DNA of 63,192 nucleotides, from the IMG/VR virus record IMGVR_UViG_3300049261_000006, positions 1 to 63,192 of that record; one strand, given 5' to 3'. The notes under the pieces are model-generated. The model was not told where the DNA came from and did not search any database. It was given only the letters and a program-made list of their open reading frames with translations. Source of the DNA: a virus (lineage: Duplodnaviria > Caudoviricetes). Shown one piece after another: positions 23,401-31,226 of this stretch. Within the stretch, counting starts at the first letter, position 1. Every line of letters begins with the position of its first letter. The position numbers and the translations under genes are program-made.

Positions 23401-24483
23401 ATAATTTTACCTCCTTATGCGGGTTTTGGTACTCAAAATTTAGCTGTCGATAATGATGGAAATTTAGTATTTGGTTCTGGTGGCGGCAGTTCTTCTCTTA
23501 CTAATATGTATATAGGATTTGGCAACGGATCAAATGAATTAAGTGGCGCATCCACATTTACATTTGATAATAGTACTACAAAGATTCTGGAAGTAAACAG
23601 TTCTGCTAACTCAGCAGGAGCAGCAGTATTGGCACTTGAAACCGATGCAGGCACATCTTATATACAAATGTATGGATCTGCTACGTCAACCTATGAAAAT
23701 TTGTCTTCAGCCGGAATGAATTTCTATAATACTACTACTGGAGGTATAAATTATCTAAATGAAAATAGTAGCGGAAAAATTAGTTTTCAAGTTGGTACAG
23801 GAGACCCGCAATTATCATTAAATACTTCTGGAGTAACTATAAATTCTGGATCAAATTCATTTACGCTACCTGTTGTAAGATCTGGTGTTAATGGATATGT
23901 GCTAAAGGGCAATACAGACGGTGGTGTTTATTGGGGAGTAGATGATACAGGTAGCGGCGGATTTTCGGACCCTTTAACTACAAATGGAGATATTATAACT
24001 AGAATATCTGGCTCAACAACAAGGTTAGCAGCTGGAACTGCATCATACGTACTTACTAGCAATGGTGCTGGTAACAATATTAGTTGGCAGCCAGTACCAG
24101 GTAGTGGACAAGATGCACAACACTATACATTATTTGGTACTACTTCTGGAACGTCAACGCTAGATGTAAGCGGATCTGTACCGGTATCAAATGGTGAATC
24201 TGGATATTTCGAGGTTACTGTGTATGCAATTAATTCAACTAGTAGTAGTTCTTGGACTTATAAATATCGTGTTCCATATTTATCTACGAGTTCTTCAACA
24301 ATAACTTTTGGTACAGTAGTACCAGAGTCATCAGCAGAGGTAGTAGGATCAGGCGGCATGGCAGGATCTACATTAGATCATGGATATAATGGTAGTGGTG
24401 ACATGATATTTGCATTTACAGCAGGTGAAACATCAGCAGTAAGAATTGAAATTAAGAAATATGTAGTAAGTTGGGCTGGATAA
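17431..24483 (+). CDS. Giant Gly/Thr/Ser-rich tail fibre or adhesin with beta-helix (pectate-lyase-like) domain and N-terminal signal peptide
   Basis: 2350 aa; MKKIILFLLISMTAMTGVKA|Q; internal repeats; YGARGDG...DNTTPLQNAINAA...VFLRNGMY beta-helix start. Confidence 0.8.
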   Translation: MKKIILFLLISMTAMTGVKAQSANPFPSLDSLIKFTNKWIRNNQADAFTNLRLNNILIGLSMFSKTSYGGQVVSFTRVGDTLRITTLDSTKHDVVFENGALGTDLSYTRNGTTVTVLSSSGIDVILPPVTQSSAGVATALDKQAIDSSTSLQRLRDSLLEVVHVYDTAAMLAGYMRKDSVPAKFTPIAGDNIVISGAYPNLIFTATGVVKYTDTSSMFTAYRTLINTKISDIQGLIRGDSTTITTTGTGTAGDPLILTSVGGGGGGTIGVVYGVTNRITVTNGTTTPTVDISAAYAGQNTITILGTVGTGTWQGTPITNAYLANSTISFATPGTSGTAPNWSSSPVSLGGTATLQIPMASATGVVAGLISKSQYDILNAKIGASDTTGKWISKLYRSNDSVYAQIGGSLVYQYKDSVGAGSGGGTVTQVNTGYGLSGGPITDTGTAIVDSATLALKFLRRADSITGYATPYDLTLKQDALGYIPENLVNKSTNPSLGTSNTLYPSQNAVKSYVDAGLALKQNSLSLTNVGTSGAATLVGSTLNIPIYSGTTYTAGVRLTLTGNQFNVDTAALLGPYQTALNTRVRYADTTSILSTYQTALNTKLNNITGYLSAGSNVTVTGLGTLASPYVIASSGGGGGSYIFTPADFNEAGSTISLDYTNGQKATTSLSGFLAASDWNIFNNKQNAITTGTTAQYLRGDLSLATFPTNVSTFTNDAAYLTNITGKLTAGSGINVTGSGTTAAPYIISSSALGLSAGDKGDITVVDATNWNIDALAVGNAEINDVAWSKITSVPTDLVYTNATQTLINKTLTSPKINVGTDATGDMYYRDASGNLVRLGIGSSGQVIKVVSGLPGWAADATSGGGGATLADGDYGSVTVSGTGTAINIDAGAVANSQLANMATLTIKGNNTGGTAAPQDLTVAQVNAILPVFTSSLNGLVPSSGGGTTFFLRADGTWAEPASGYSFETNDFNGTTTISIDYANGQKVTGSVPGFLTSADYTTLMAKQNAITTGTTAQYLRGDLSLATFPTTVSTFTNDAGYLTNITGKLTAGTNVSVTGLGTTASPYVINSTASGTGTVTNFAFTNGNGFTGSVSTATTTPTLSLVLQDADAGGTIKGQAGFTAADFNAASGIISMDWTNTQKANGSQSGALSSTDWTTFNGKQGAITVTNVGTSGAATLIGNTLNIPIYSGGSSAGLPPGGTAGQILSKINSTDYNAQWIPYPTFNVFAGYGILIDGENNISLDTSASSDVYMQRGNLVAGANITITPSGNQYVIASTGGAGVTDGDKTDITVSGSGAVYTLDPGVPATKLADGSVSNDELQYINTLASNAQTQIDGKNFNLGWLDAENYGARGDGKDLNSVAITSGDATLTSSGASFTSADIGKTIRVDQAGSSSGDLVTTIASINSSTSIELAANASTTVSGGHAVYGTDNTTPLQNAINAAAATTSAGTKTVFLRNGMYLIFGAPVTSVSGVNPNAQLYIPFNSISNTITSPSVNIVGETPPNLFIDFQANSFPTNQGVVIRSTRLDAGANIFGTPWETMVYGDYNYTHLHMENITIRARSFTGTSHVAPQMSALKMGKISMLTTKNCRFDTESPTYYSVTPNSSTVGIQTPRHNNADLSYHENIVVQGYYDGVDAGENSNFVNLTTMGNWNGVKLNTIHHAAKFSRASINLAVNNIYIEGQSFFAFDLADFEDWGVGGTGGFWFDNVYDLYDASPGNSQGHIRYQRVVGGVGYENDVFVKNSTASTFSIVPIGGGGGDLDATLALGNTSDDKMILSGSLTTDAKLRVGSMEFQPFDVNNGFISENLYYNGANFIRRAAGFGALQYSYKGSYWISSADSAAAGSTATVNKNFEVTQGGQIRSGPATTLNPSFIDPINFVSYPFSGSGTVFYGQSTDATARTQSILSNLGGGTTGTAWADNFITTMVNGKSYASDNYLNDGENDDSLAAIIAQGGDIGRFSIGMYNEKPMSLVTNNRERLVIKGDGAIILPPYAGFGTQNLAVDNDGNLVFGSGGGSSSLTNMYIGFGNGSNELSGASTFTFDNSTTKILEVNSSANSAGAAVLALETDAGTSYIQMYGSATSTYENLSSAGMNFYNTTTGGINYLNENSSGKISFQVGTGDPQLSLNTSGVTINSGSNSFTLPVVRSGVNGYVLKGNTDGGVYWGVDDTGSGGFSDPLTTNGDIITRISGSTTRLAAGTASYVLTSNGAGNNISWQPVPGSGQDAQHYTLFGTTSGTSTLDVSGSVPVSNGESGYFEVTVYAINSTSSSSWTYKYRVPYLSTSSSTITFGTVVPESSAEVVGSGGMAGSTLDHGYNGSGDMIFAFTAGETSAVRIEIKKYVVSWAG
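19480..20586 (+). repeat. Intragenic duplication of a 47-aa fibre module (19480-19620 and 20446-20586)
   Basis: KQNAITTGTTAQYLRGDLSLATFPT.VSTFTNDA.YLTNITGKLTAG twice, 45/47 aa identical. Confidence 0.9.
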
Positions 24484-24553
24484 TCTTTCAGGTTAATTTT
24501 AATCTGAAGTTGGGTTAAATTTATTAAATTTGTTACTTAAAATTATAGATAAG

Positions 24554-24883
24554 ATGAAAAAGTTAATCGTTAGTTCAGCTCTTTGTTTATTCAGTATTTT
24601 AGCAGTTGCGCAACAAAAACCTGTGACTACTCAGACACAGCCGGCAGCGCCGCAACAATTTTTAATTAAGCTAACAGTAGATCAGTTAAATGCAATTTTG
24701 CAGATAATTGAAGATGCACCGATACCTGGACAAACCAGGCGTGAAATTAGTGGAGTCTTACGTGATCAGGCTATTGCACAGCTGCCAAAACAACCAGGAA
24801 CTACTACACAGGCACCAAATAGTACAACCCCTGCTCCTGTATCCAAAGAAAACAATTCTAAAAAAGAAAAGGATAAAGACTAG
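24554..24883 (+). CDS. Secreted hypothetical protein
   Basis: Start ATG 24554, signal peptide MKKLIVSSALCLFSILAVA|QQ; -7 box at 24525-24532. Confidence 0.65.
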   Translation: MKKLIVSSALCLFSILAVAQQKPVTTQTQPAAPQQFLIKLTVDQLNAILQIIEDAPIPGQTRREISGVLRDQAIAQLPKQPGTTTQAPNSTTPAPVSKENNSKKEKDKD

Positions 24884-24907
24884 TAATTGGTTTAAACTAC
24901 CGCAATA

Positions 24908-25351
24908 ATGATACCTACTATTTTAATTTATGTATTAGATGATGACCACGATATATTAGAAGATATACGTATAGCTTTTAATGTTGCTGGTATTAAAGAC
25001 TATAGACTTTTTACAAATGTAGAGGAGTTCTTAGAAAGTTTTAATGCTGATGTGCATATTGCGGTAGTTGATTATTATCTTGGTGATCTTACTGCACCAA
25101 AAATAATGAAACAAATACGACAAAAAAATCCGTGGTGTTTGGTTACTATGATTTCTGGAGTTGAAAACCCTAAAGCGATTACGGCTTTTTTAAATAGCGG
25201 CGGCAATAAATTTTTATATAAGGGCGAGCCTAATTTTGATTTGTTACTAACTGAATATGTAACAGAACAGATACAGCAAACCCGAGATCGCATTTTATTT
25301 TTCGATAGGTTAAGTAAACCCAGTACTATGACATATGAGCAAGACACTTGA
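24908..25351 (+). CDS. Stand-alone response-regulator receiver (CheY-like) protein
   Basis: IYVLDDD acidic pocket, AVVDY phospho-acceptor, MISG, FLYK conserved Lys; no output domain. Confidence 0.85.
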   Translation: MIPTILIYVLDDDHDILEDIRIAFNVAGIKDYRLFTNVEEFLESFNADVHIAVVDYYLGDLTAPKIMKQIRQKNPWCLVTMISGVENPKAITAFLNSGGNKFLYKGEPNFDLLLTEYVTEQIQQTRDRILFFDRLSKPSTMTYEQDT

Positions 25352-25619
25352 AAAGTTCTTGGAGATAATAGCCATGTGGGGTGTGGCTGCCATCAGTGTT
25401 ACAGGATTTAGTAAGGGCATAGCTGAGATTTTTAAAGGCCGTATGAAAAACAGTAAGAACCTCGAGCAGGCACTGAAAGATATTACGGAATTAAAGTCTG
25501 AAATAGCTAACTTAAAAACTGAAAACGCAAACCAAGAACGAAAAATATTATCCCTAGAAAACGACTTTAAAGACACCTTTAAAGATTTTATCAAAATTTA
25601 TTTTAAACCTCAAAATTAA
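25335..25619 (+). CDS. Single-TM coiled-coil protein (holin/antiholin-like)
   Basis: N-terminal hydrophobic helix plus heptad repeat; overlaps the REC gene. Confidence 0.55.
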   Translation: MSKTLEKFLEIIAMWGVAAISVTGFSKGIAEIFKGRMKNSKNLEQALKDITELKSEIANLKTENANQERKILSLENDFKDTFKDFIKIYFKPQN

Positions 25620-25624
25620 ATGTT

Positions 25625-25909
25625 ATGGATTCAATTAAAGTAGAACCGGTTCCTGAAAATTTAGAACCAGTCAAGCAAGTTACTTCTGAACAATTTTCTA
25701 TTAATTGGCGCGATGTGGGCCGCGGCGCAATTGTAGCAGTGTTGACAGCGATACTAGCAAGCGTGCAACAAGCACTAAGCACAGGCGGATTTGAAGCCAT
25801 AAAATGGGTAGAGGTAGTATTACCTTCTGGCGTACTTGCTCTTGTATCCTATCTTGGACTTCAATTTGGTAGTGCTACAAAAACCATAAGGATTTACAAA
25901 AAAGTATAG
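25625..25909 (+). CDS. Putative holin
   Basis: 94 aa, two hydrophobic helices, basic C-terminus, located in lysis cassette. Confidence 0.7.
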   Translation: MDSIKVEPVPENLEPVKQVTSEQFSINWRDVGRGAIVAVLTAILASVQQALSTGGFEAIKWVEVVLPSGVLALVSYLGLQFGSATKTIRIYKKV

Positions 25910-25951
25910 TGGCCTTTTTTATTTAAAAGTTAAGCTAATTCAACTAAATTT

Positions 25952-26671
25952 ATGGACACTACGCCTACCAAACAAGAAATAACTATAAAGCAAGGTATTC
26001 CAATTTGGAGTATCCTTGCTTTATTAGCAATAGGAATATTTTTATTTTTCTATTTGAAAGGTTGTAAGGGAGATAAGCAACCAGACATAGTCTATGTAAA
26101 AGCAGATTCAGCGCTACAAGAAGAGCTGCGTAGGTCTAGAGACTCGATATTTTTCTACAAACAATATAAGTGGCGGTCCGATATACAAAACCAGGAAATT
26201 CAGAACGCGAAATCTGCTATCTTAGATTTAACGCGTACCATAGTACGCATGGAGTCAGATATTTTACGCCCTATCGTAATCACTGATTCAGCTGATTGCA
26301 AAGAACTTGTAAGTAAAGTAAACAGTTATATTGACACATCTATTAGGTATAGACAAATAGTAAAAGACCAAACTGTTAGTTTTGAAACTACTCTGCTATA
26401 TGAGCGCAGACATTCAGAATCGTTAAAAAGATTACTGGATTCTTGTAGAGCAGTAATTGGTGTTGTAGCTCCTGCCATAAAAGAGCTGAAACCTAAAAGT
26501 GAATTTTATCTCGGAATCATGGGTGCTACAAATCTGGGATATGTATTTGCTGGACCAGAAATAATTTATAAAGATAAGCGCGATCGTATGTACCGTTTCG
26601 GATATGGTGTGGGTAATTCCAACCCGTGGTATTCTATAGGAATTGCAACTAAAATTAAATTGAAACGATGA
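25952..26671 (+). CDS. Putative spanin-like protein
   Basis: N-terminal TM ending LKGC, long coiled coil, C-terminal amphipathic beta strands. Confidence 0.55.
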   Translation: MDTTPTKQEITIKQGIPIWSILALLAIGIFLFFYLKGCKGDKQPDIVYVKADSALQEELRRSRDSIFFYKQYKWRSDIQNQEIQNAKSAILDLTRTIVRMESDILRPIVITDSADCKELVSKVNSYIDTSIRYRQIVKDQTVSFETTLLYERRHSESLKRLLDSCRAVIGVVAPAIKELKPKSEFYLGIMGATNLGYVFAGPEIIYKDKRDRMYRFGYGVGNSNPWYSIGIATKIKLKR

Positions 26672-26754
26672 GTCCTAGCACAATTGGATTGGCATTAGCT
26701 TTTATATTATTCTTGGTTTGGGTATGGGTAACATTTGATAAACGTGAAAGATGA
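26668..26754 (+). CDS. 28-aa single-TM microprotein (MSPSTIGLALAFILFLVWVWVTFDKRER)
   Basis: ATGA overlaps with both neighbours; not in the ORF track. Confidence 0.55.
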   Translation: MSPSTIGLALAFILFLVWVWVTFDKRER

Positions 26755-27647
26755 AACAAATACTTGCATGGATATTAGGATTATTTGGTGGTGGTAAAAG
26801 AAAGCCACCGCCTGTTATAGTAGTACCACCTCCAGTAGAACCAGAAAAGCCACCGCCTGTTATAGTAGTACCACCAAACCCATTACCTGACCGACGCCCA
26901 ATTGGCATGATTATGATTGCCGAATGGATAGAGCCTTTTATACCCGGTGATTATCGCTGGAAATTACTAGGACAATATCAATTCAGTAGAGAGGCGTTGT
27001 TAGCTCATGGAGAGGAGTGCGTAAAGTATATGAAGTACGTCAACGCACAAGCGATGATACTGTGGAATAAAGAAGGCGAGGAATATTGGAAGCCGGTAAG
27101 TTATATCGGTGATCCACGAATTGAAAACCCAGATATTGATCCATTCATTAACGAATTTTTTGAATTGTTCAAAGACTTTAAAAAAGGTGTTTGTCTCCGC
27201 CCTGACATTTACTATGATGCTGTACACTATTCTACAGCAGACCCGGTTGCTGATCTAAAAGCTAAAGCTACATATGCTAAAGATAAGTGGGGTTGTACTA
27301 TTTTTTATGTTGACAGTAATAAATTTGTCCAACCATATATCGACAATACTCTAGGACACGGTGGTCCACTGCCTGCTTCTGTATTTATTGAATTAAATAA
27401 AGAAATGCCTGGTTGTACATTTATACCAGAACATAGCACTCCTGAATACTATCCTCATGTCCCGATTTGGACGAGTGGAACTAACAGCCCAGATGGTGCC
27501 GTTGTCGTAGGCGCGGTTAACGGAGGACATGATATAGCGTCTTTTGTTGCCAAAGGAAATATTCCGTTATTCGAGGCCTGGTGGAATGAAACAGTAGTAC
27601 TTAATAAAATTAAAGACGCGTATGATAACCTTACCAGAAAAGTATAG
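26751..27647 (+). CDS. Hypothetical protein with Pro-rich linker and possible glycoside-hydrolase-like domain
   Basis: KPPPVIVVPP duplicated (30-bp exact repeat at 26801-26830 and 26846-26875); GVCLRP, FYVDS and FIPEH motifs. Confidence 0.55.
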   Translation: MKQILAWILGLFGGGKRKPPPVIVVPPPVEPEKPPPVIVVPPNPLPDRRPIGMIMIAEWIEPFIPGDYRWKLLGQYQFSREALLAHGEECVKYMKYVNAQAMILWNKEGEEYWKPVSYIGDPRIENPDIDPFINEFFELFKDFKKGVCLRPDIYYDAVHYSTADPVADLKAKATYAKDKWGCTIFYVDSNKFVQPYIDNTLGHGGPLPASVFIELNKEMPGCTFIPEHSTPEYYPHVPIWTSGTNSPDGAVVVGAVNGGHDIASFVAKGNIPLFEAWWNETVVLNKIKDAYDNLTRKV

Positions 27648-28161
27648 CTATCTTACCGGTCCTGGCATGCCATTTATCATCCAGGAAGGACTTAAGCTAT
27701 ACGGTGTCAAAGAGATCATAGGTAGGACTCATTCTAGCATTATTCTAGGATGGGCAAAGACACTGGGCATAGATAATATCTATACTAATGATGAAATGGC
27801 CTGGTGTGGCCTCTCTCATGCCGTAGTGTTACTCCGGGCAGGTAAGCCGGCTGAGCTACGTGGATATGATATACTAAGGGCTTTAAAATATGCCGAATAC
27901 GGCATAGAAATTGCAGCCCCTGGTTTAGGCGATACGCTGGTATTTATCAGGCCAGGTGGCGGCCATGTAGGAATATACGTCGCAGAATCAAAAGATACAT
28001 ATCACGTAATGGGTGGTAACTCCTCCAATACTTACAAGATAGTAGAAATAGAAAAAAGAAGACTGGTCGCCGCGCGTACACCGTTATATAAAAATCGCCC
28101 GTTAACTGCCATACCGATGTATGTAAGTTCTACTGGTATCATCAGTAAAAATGAATCCTAA
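27622..28161 (+). CDS. Endolysin, TIGR02594-type CHAP/NlpC-P60 peptidoglycan hydrolase
   Basis: DEMAWCG (catalytic Cys), GGGHVG (His), MGGN. Confidence 0.85.
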   Translation: MITLPEKYSYLTGPGMPFIIQEGLKLYGVKEIIGRTHSSIILGWAKTLGIDNIYTNDEMAWCGLSHAVVLLRAGKPAELRGYDILRALKYAEYGIEIAAPGLGDTLVFIRPGGGHVGIYVAESKDTYHVMGGNSSNTYKIVEIEKRRLVAARTPLYKNRPLTAIPMYVSSTGIISKNES

Positions 28162-31100
28162 TGCGTATTGAAAAAGGCACGATATATAAATTATCAACTA
28201 ACTTAAACCTTACTGAAGTTTTATATGTTGATGGTACACTAGAATTTGATAATACAAAAAATGTTACAATTACCACTACCAAGAATGTAATTGTTACCGG
28301 TAAAATTATAAGTGATCTACGTAGTCAACCTGATCTTATCCACAAAATTTATTTTAAGGACGTCGATATGAATAAGTTTATCGGTGGCGGTACTGAGCCA
28401 CTCGATAGTGACGTCGGTTTATGGTTAATGGGCGCAGGTACTGCGGATTTTAAGGGCGCACATAAAACAGAATACACTAACAGCAAAGGCAGTATTCCAG
28501 CAGGCGCTAAAAGCATACCAGTCGTTGAAAAAAACGGATGGAAAATTGGAGATAAAATAACTATATGGTCTGGTGATGTTAAGCCGCAACTTGGCTCCAG
28601 GTTTTGGGACAGTGCGTCTAAACAATACCTAGATAATTATCTCGATTGTATTGAGCGTAGAACAATCACTGGTTTCTCTGGCGACCAAGTATTATTTGAT
28701 ATAGCACTTAGGTTTAAACACGAAGTATTTGTCGCAGAAGATGGCACCTTGTTTTATCCATATGTTGTTAATGAAACGCGCAATATAAAAGTACATGCTG
28801 CAGAAGGTAAACGTTCGCACATTTTTGCGTGCGCACATAGCCACAATTCAGATGGCACAACTGCCCACAATGTGATGAAGCAGACTTTCATGGATGTAGA
28901 GATATACTACATGGGAGTACGAAAATTTCAACCAGGCGGTGCCGGCGCGGTCAAAGGAATAGACGATATTGTTACTGGTAGATATGCGCTACACTTCCAT
29001 CACGCTGGAGACGGTACCAACGGATCCATAGTTCAAAGCTGTTCATTTCATGATAATGGTGGTCGTTGTGCAGTGCCACATATGGCTAATGGTATTTCGT
29101 TTATTCGCAATACTATTACGTTTAACTTAGGTGACGCGATGTGGTGGGATTTTCAGGAGATGAGCCACAATATAAAATATCATCAGAATATGCTGGTAGG
29201 TATTTTATGGGATGGCGTGCAATTAGGTGGTACTGCAATACTACTAGGTATAGGTGACAATAACGACTGTACTGAGAACATTTTAATGTACGCTAACCAA
29301 GGTGATGTCGATGGATCTGGCGCAATACAGTGGACTACTGATAATGAAGGTGTATGGAAGACACATAAAAATATTATCTTCTGCTGCCATAATGCAGATT
29401 GGACCTGGCAGAATAGCGGGCGTGCGCATGACATAGTAGATCAAATAGCGGTTAACTGCGTATTCGCACTAACACATGGTGCGTATGGTAACTTGTATGT
29501 ATACATAAATATGAGGTGTTATAATAGCGCGGTGAAAATCAGAGCATCTGGACCTACATTTATTCGCTGTCTCTTTGATGGTATGAATAAATTAAATGAG
29601 TTGGTATATGCACAAACCTCTGCGGTAGAAGGACCCAATAAAATACAAGAATGTACCTTTAAAAATGCACCTAACGGAATAATACTAGATGTATATCCAC
29701 ACAACGAAGAAAATGCGAAATGGCGTACTGTTGAACTAGTTAATAATAAATATATAAACGTTAACCGTAAATACCAAATTATCAGATCTAACGGTGGAAG
29801 TTATCCGGGTATAGTGCCAGGATGCGCAATATATACTCAAGAAGGAGATGTTGCAAAGAAAATAGTACCGATGGCCACTGAAACTACTATTGGTAAATTT
29901 GCACCAGATAAATATGGTACAGGCGATGGACTACGCACAGAGATCTTTAAAGGCATGAATTTTGAAACGAAAGTTCAAGATCATATCAGGGCGTTAGTAC
30001 GTGAAGAAGATTGGCGCGTACAATACCCAATGTTCCCTAATGGTGCTAATTATAAATTCTTAATGCCAGATAAGGTTAATCAGTATCCATTCAGTTTTCG
30101 TTATACTGGCCAGGTACAACCATATTTTACAGGAGCACACCGGTTCAGGTTATATGGTGGCAGTGGATTTAGATTGTGGATAGATAATAAATTGGTAATT
30201 GATTCACCTGGCAATAAGCATGATAACTCAGAATTTGCAGATTCACCGCTAATTACGTTAACCGCACTTCAAAAATACAACATAAAAGTAGAAGTGTATG
30301 AGCCAGGAGATCGCAATATGGGTATTAAGCTCATGTGGGAATTACCAGGTAAATTTACGCTTCGTGATGTAGAAACTAGTCAACTATATTCTTTAACCGG
30401 AACTATCCCACCGATAGATCCACCAATTGATCCACCAGTGGTAATAACAGCAAATGCAGGAGCAGATTTTAAACTTACAGGCACAGTAGGAACATTAGAC
30501 GGTACAAAAAGTATTGGTACACCTACTAAGATAAATTGGTATCATGATTCTGGGCCAACTGGTTGGAATATAGTAGATCAAAACGCACTTAAAACTGAAA
30601 TAAATAGATTAGCCGCAGGTGCACATGGATTTCGTCTTAGGCTACAAGACGCAACCGGCGCAGTAAGTGAGGACAGAATTACGGTCACCGTAGAGAGCCC
30701 TGCGCCACCTTCTTTTAGCAACAAAGAATTATCGCAGCAGTTTATTAAGCAAGGATGCCCGACTGGCCAGGTGGGCTCCGTAGTCACTTATACGGTGCCC
30801 GCAGGTAAGTATACTGCCTCCACTCAGGCATTGGCCGATGGTATGGCACAGAATGATGTAAATCAAAATGGGCAAAAACACGCCAACGATACCGGTACTT
30901 GTATTACTATTGTACCGCCACCGGAATTTGGCAATAAGCTAGTAAGCCAGGAATTTACTAAAAACGATTGTGCAACTGGAGAAACTGGTACTAAGGTCAC
31001 GTATGTAGTACCGGCCGGTAAACATACCGCTACTACTCAAGCAGCTGCTGATAAATTAGCACAAGATGACATCGCTGCCAACGGGCAAAAACGTGCGAAT

Positions 31101-31199
31101 GAGATGGGCACATGTACTAAGCCAGAAGACCTTAATAAAAAAATAGCTAAGATAGTAATTCATTTTACTGATAATACCGAGCAGGAATTTGTACCTTAA
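28161..31199 (+). CDS. G8-like / beta-helix / PA14 / PKD-like / 2x DUF5977 multidomain carbohydrate-active protein
   Basis: GRYALHFHHAGD beta-helix start, FSFRYTGQVQP...GFRLWIDNKLVID (PA14), ANAGAD (PKD-like), two F.N...SQ.F.K..C...GSVVTY.VPAGK...ADxxAQ.D...NGQ..AN..GTC repeats. Confidence 0.7.
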   Translation: MRIEKGTIYKLSTNLNLTEVLYVDGTLEFDNTKNVTITTTKNVIVTGKIISDLRSQPDLIHKIYFKDVDMNKFIGGGTEPLDSDVGLWLMGAGTADFKGAHKTEYTNSKGSIPAGAKSIPVVEKNGWKIGDKITIWSGDVKPQLGSRFWDSASKQYLDNYLDCIERRTITGFSGDQVLFDIALRFKHEVFVAEDGTLFYPYVVNETRNIKVHAAEGKRSHIFACAHSHNSDGTTAHNVMKQTFMDVEIYYMGVRKFQPGGAGAVKGIDDIVTGRYALHFHHAGDGTNGSIVQSCSFHDNGGRCAVPHMANGISFIRNTITFNLGDAMWWDFQEMSHNIKYHQNMLVGILWDGVQLGGTAILLGIGDNNDCTENILMYANQGDVDGSGAIQWTTDNEGVWKTHKNIIFCCHNADWTWQNSGRAHDIVDQIAVNCVFALTHGAYGNLYVYINMRCYNSAVKIRASGPTFIRCLFDGMNKLNELVYAQTSAVEGPNKIQECTFKNAPNGIILDVYPHNEENAKWRTVELVNNKYINVNRKYQIIRSNGGSYPGIVPGCAIYTQEGDVAKKIVPMATETTIGKFAPDKYGTGDGLRTEIFKGMNFETKVQDHIRALVREEDWRVQYPMFPNGANYKFLMPDKVNQYPFSFRYTGQVQPYFTGAHRFRLYGGSGFRLWIDNKLVIDSPGNKHDNSEFADSPLITLTALQKYNIKVEVYEPGDRNMGIKLMWELPGKFTLRDVETSQLYSLTGTIPPIDPPIDPPVVITANAGADFKLTGTVGTLDGTKSIGTPTKINWYHDSGPTGWNIVDQNALKTEINRLAAGAHGFRLRLQDATGAVSEDRITVTVESPAPPSFSNKELSQQFIKQGCPTGQVGSVVTYTVPAGKYTASTQALADGMAQNDVNQNGQKHANDTGTCITIVPPPEFGNKLVSQEFTKNDCATGETGTKVTYVVPAGKHTATTQAAADKLAQDDIAANGQKRANEMGTCTKPEDLNKKIAKIVIHFTDNTEQEFVP

Positions 31200-31226
31200 C
31201 ACCATCACAATAAAAACAACTATCTT

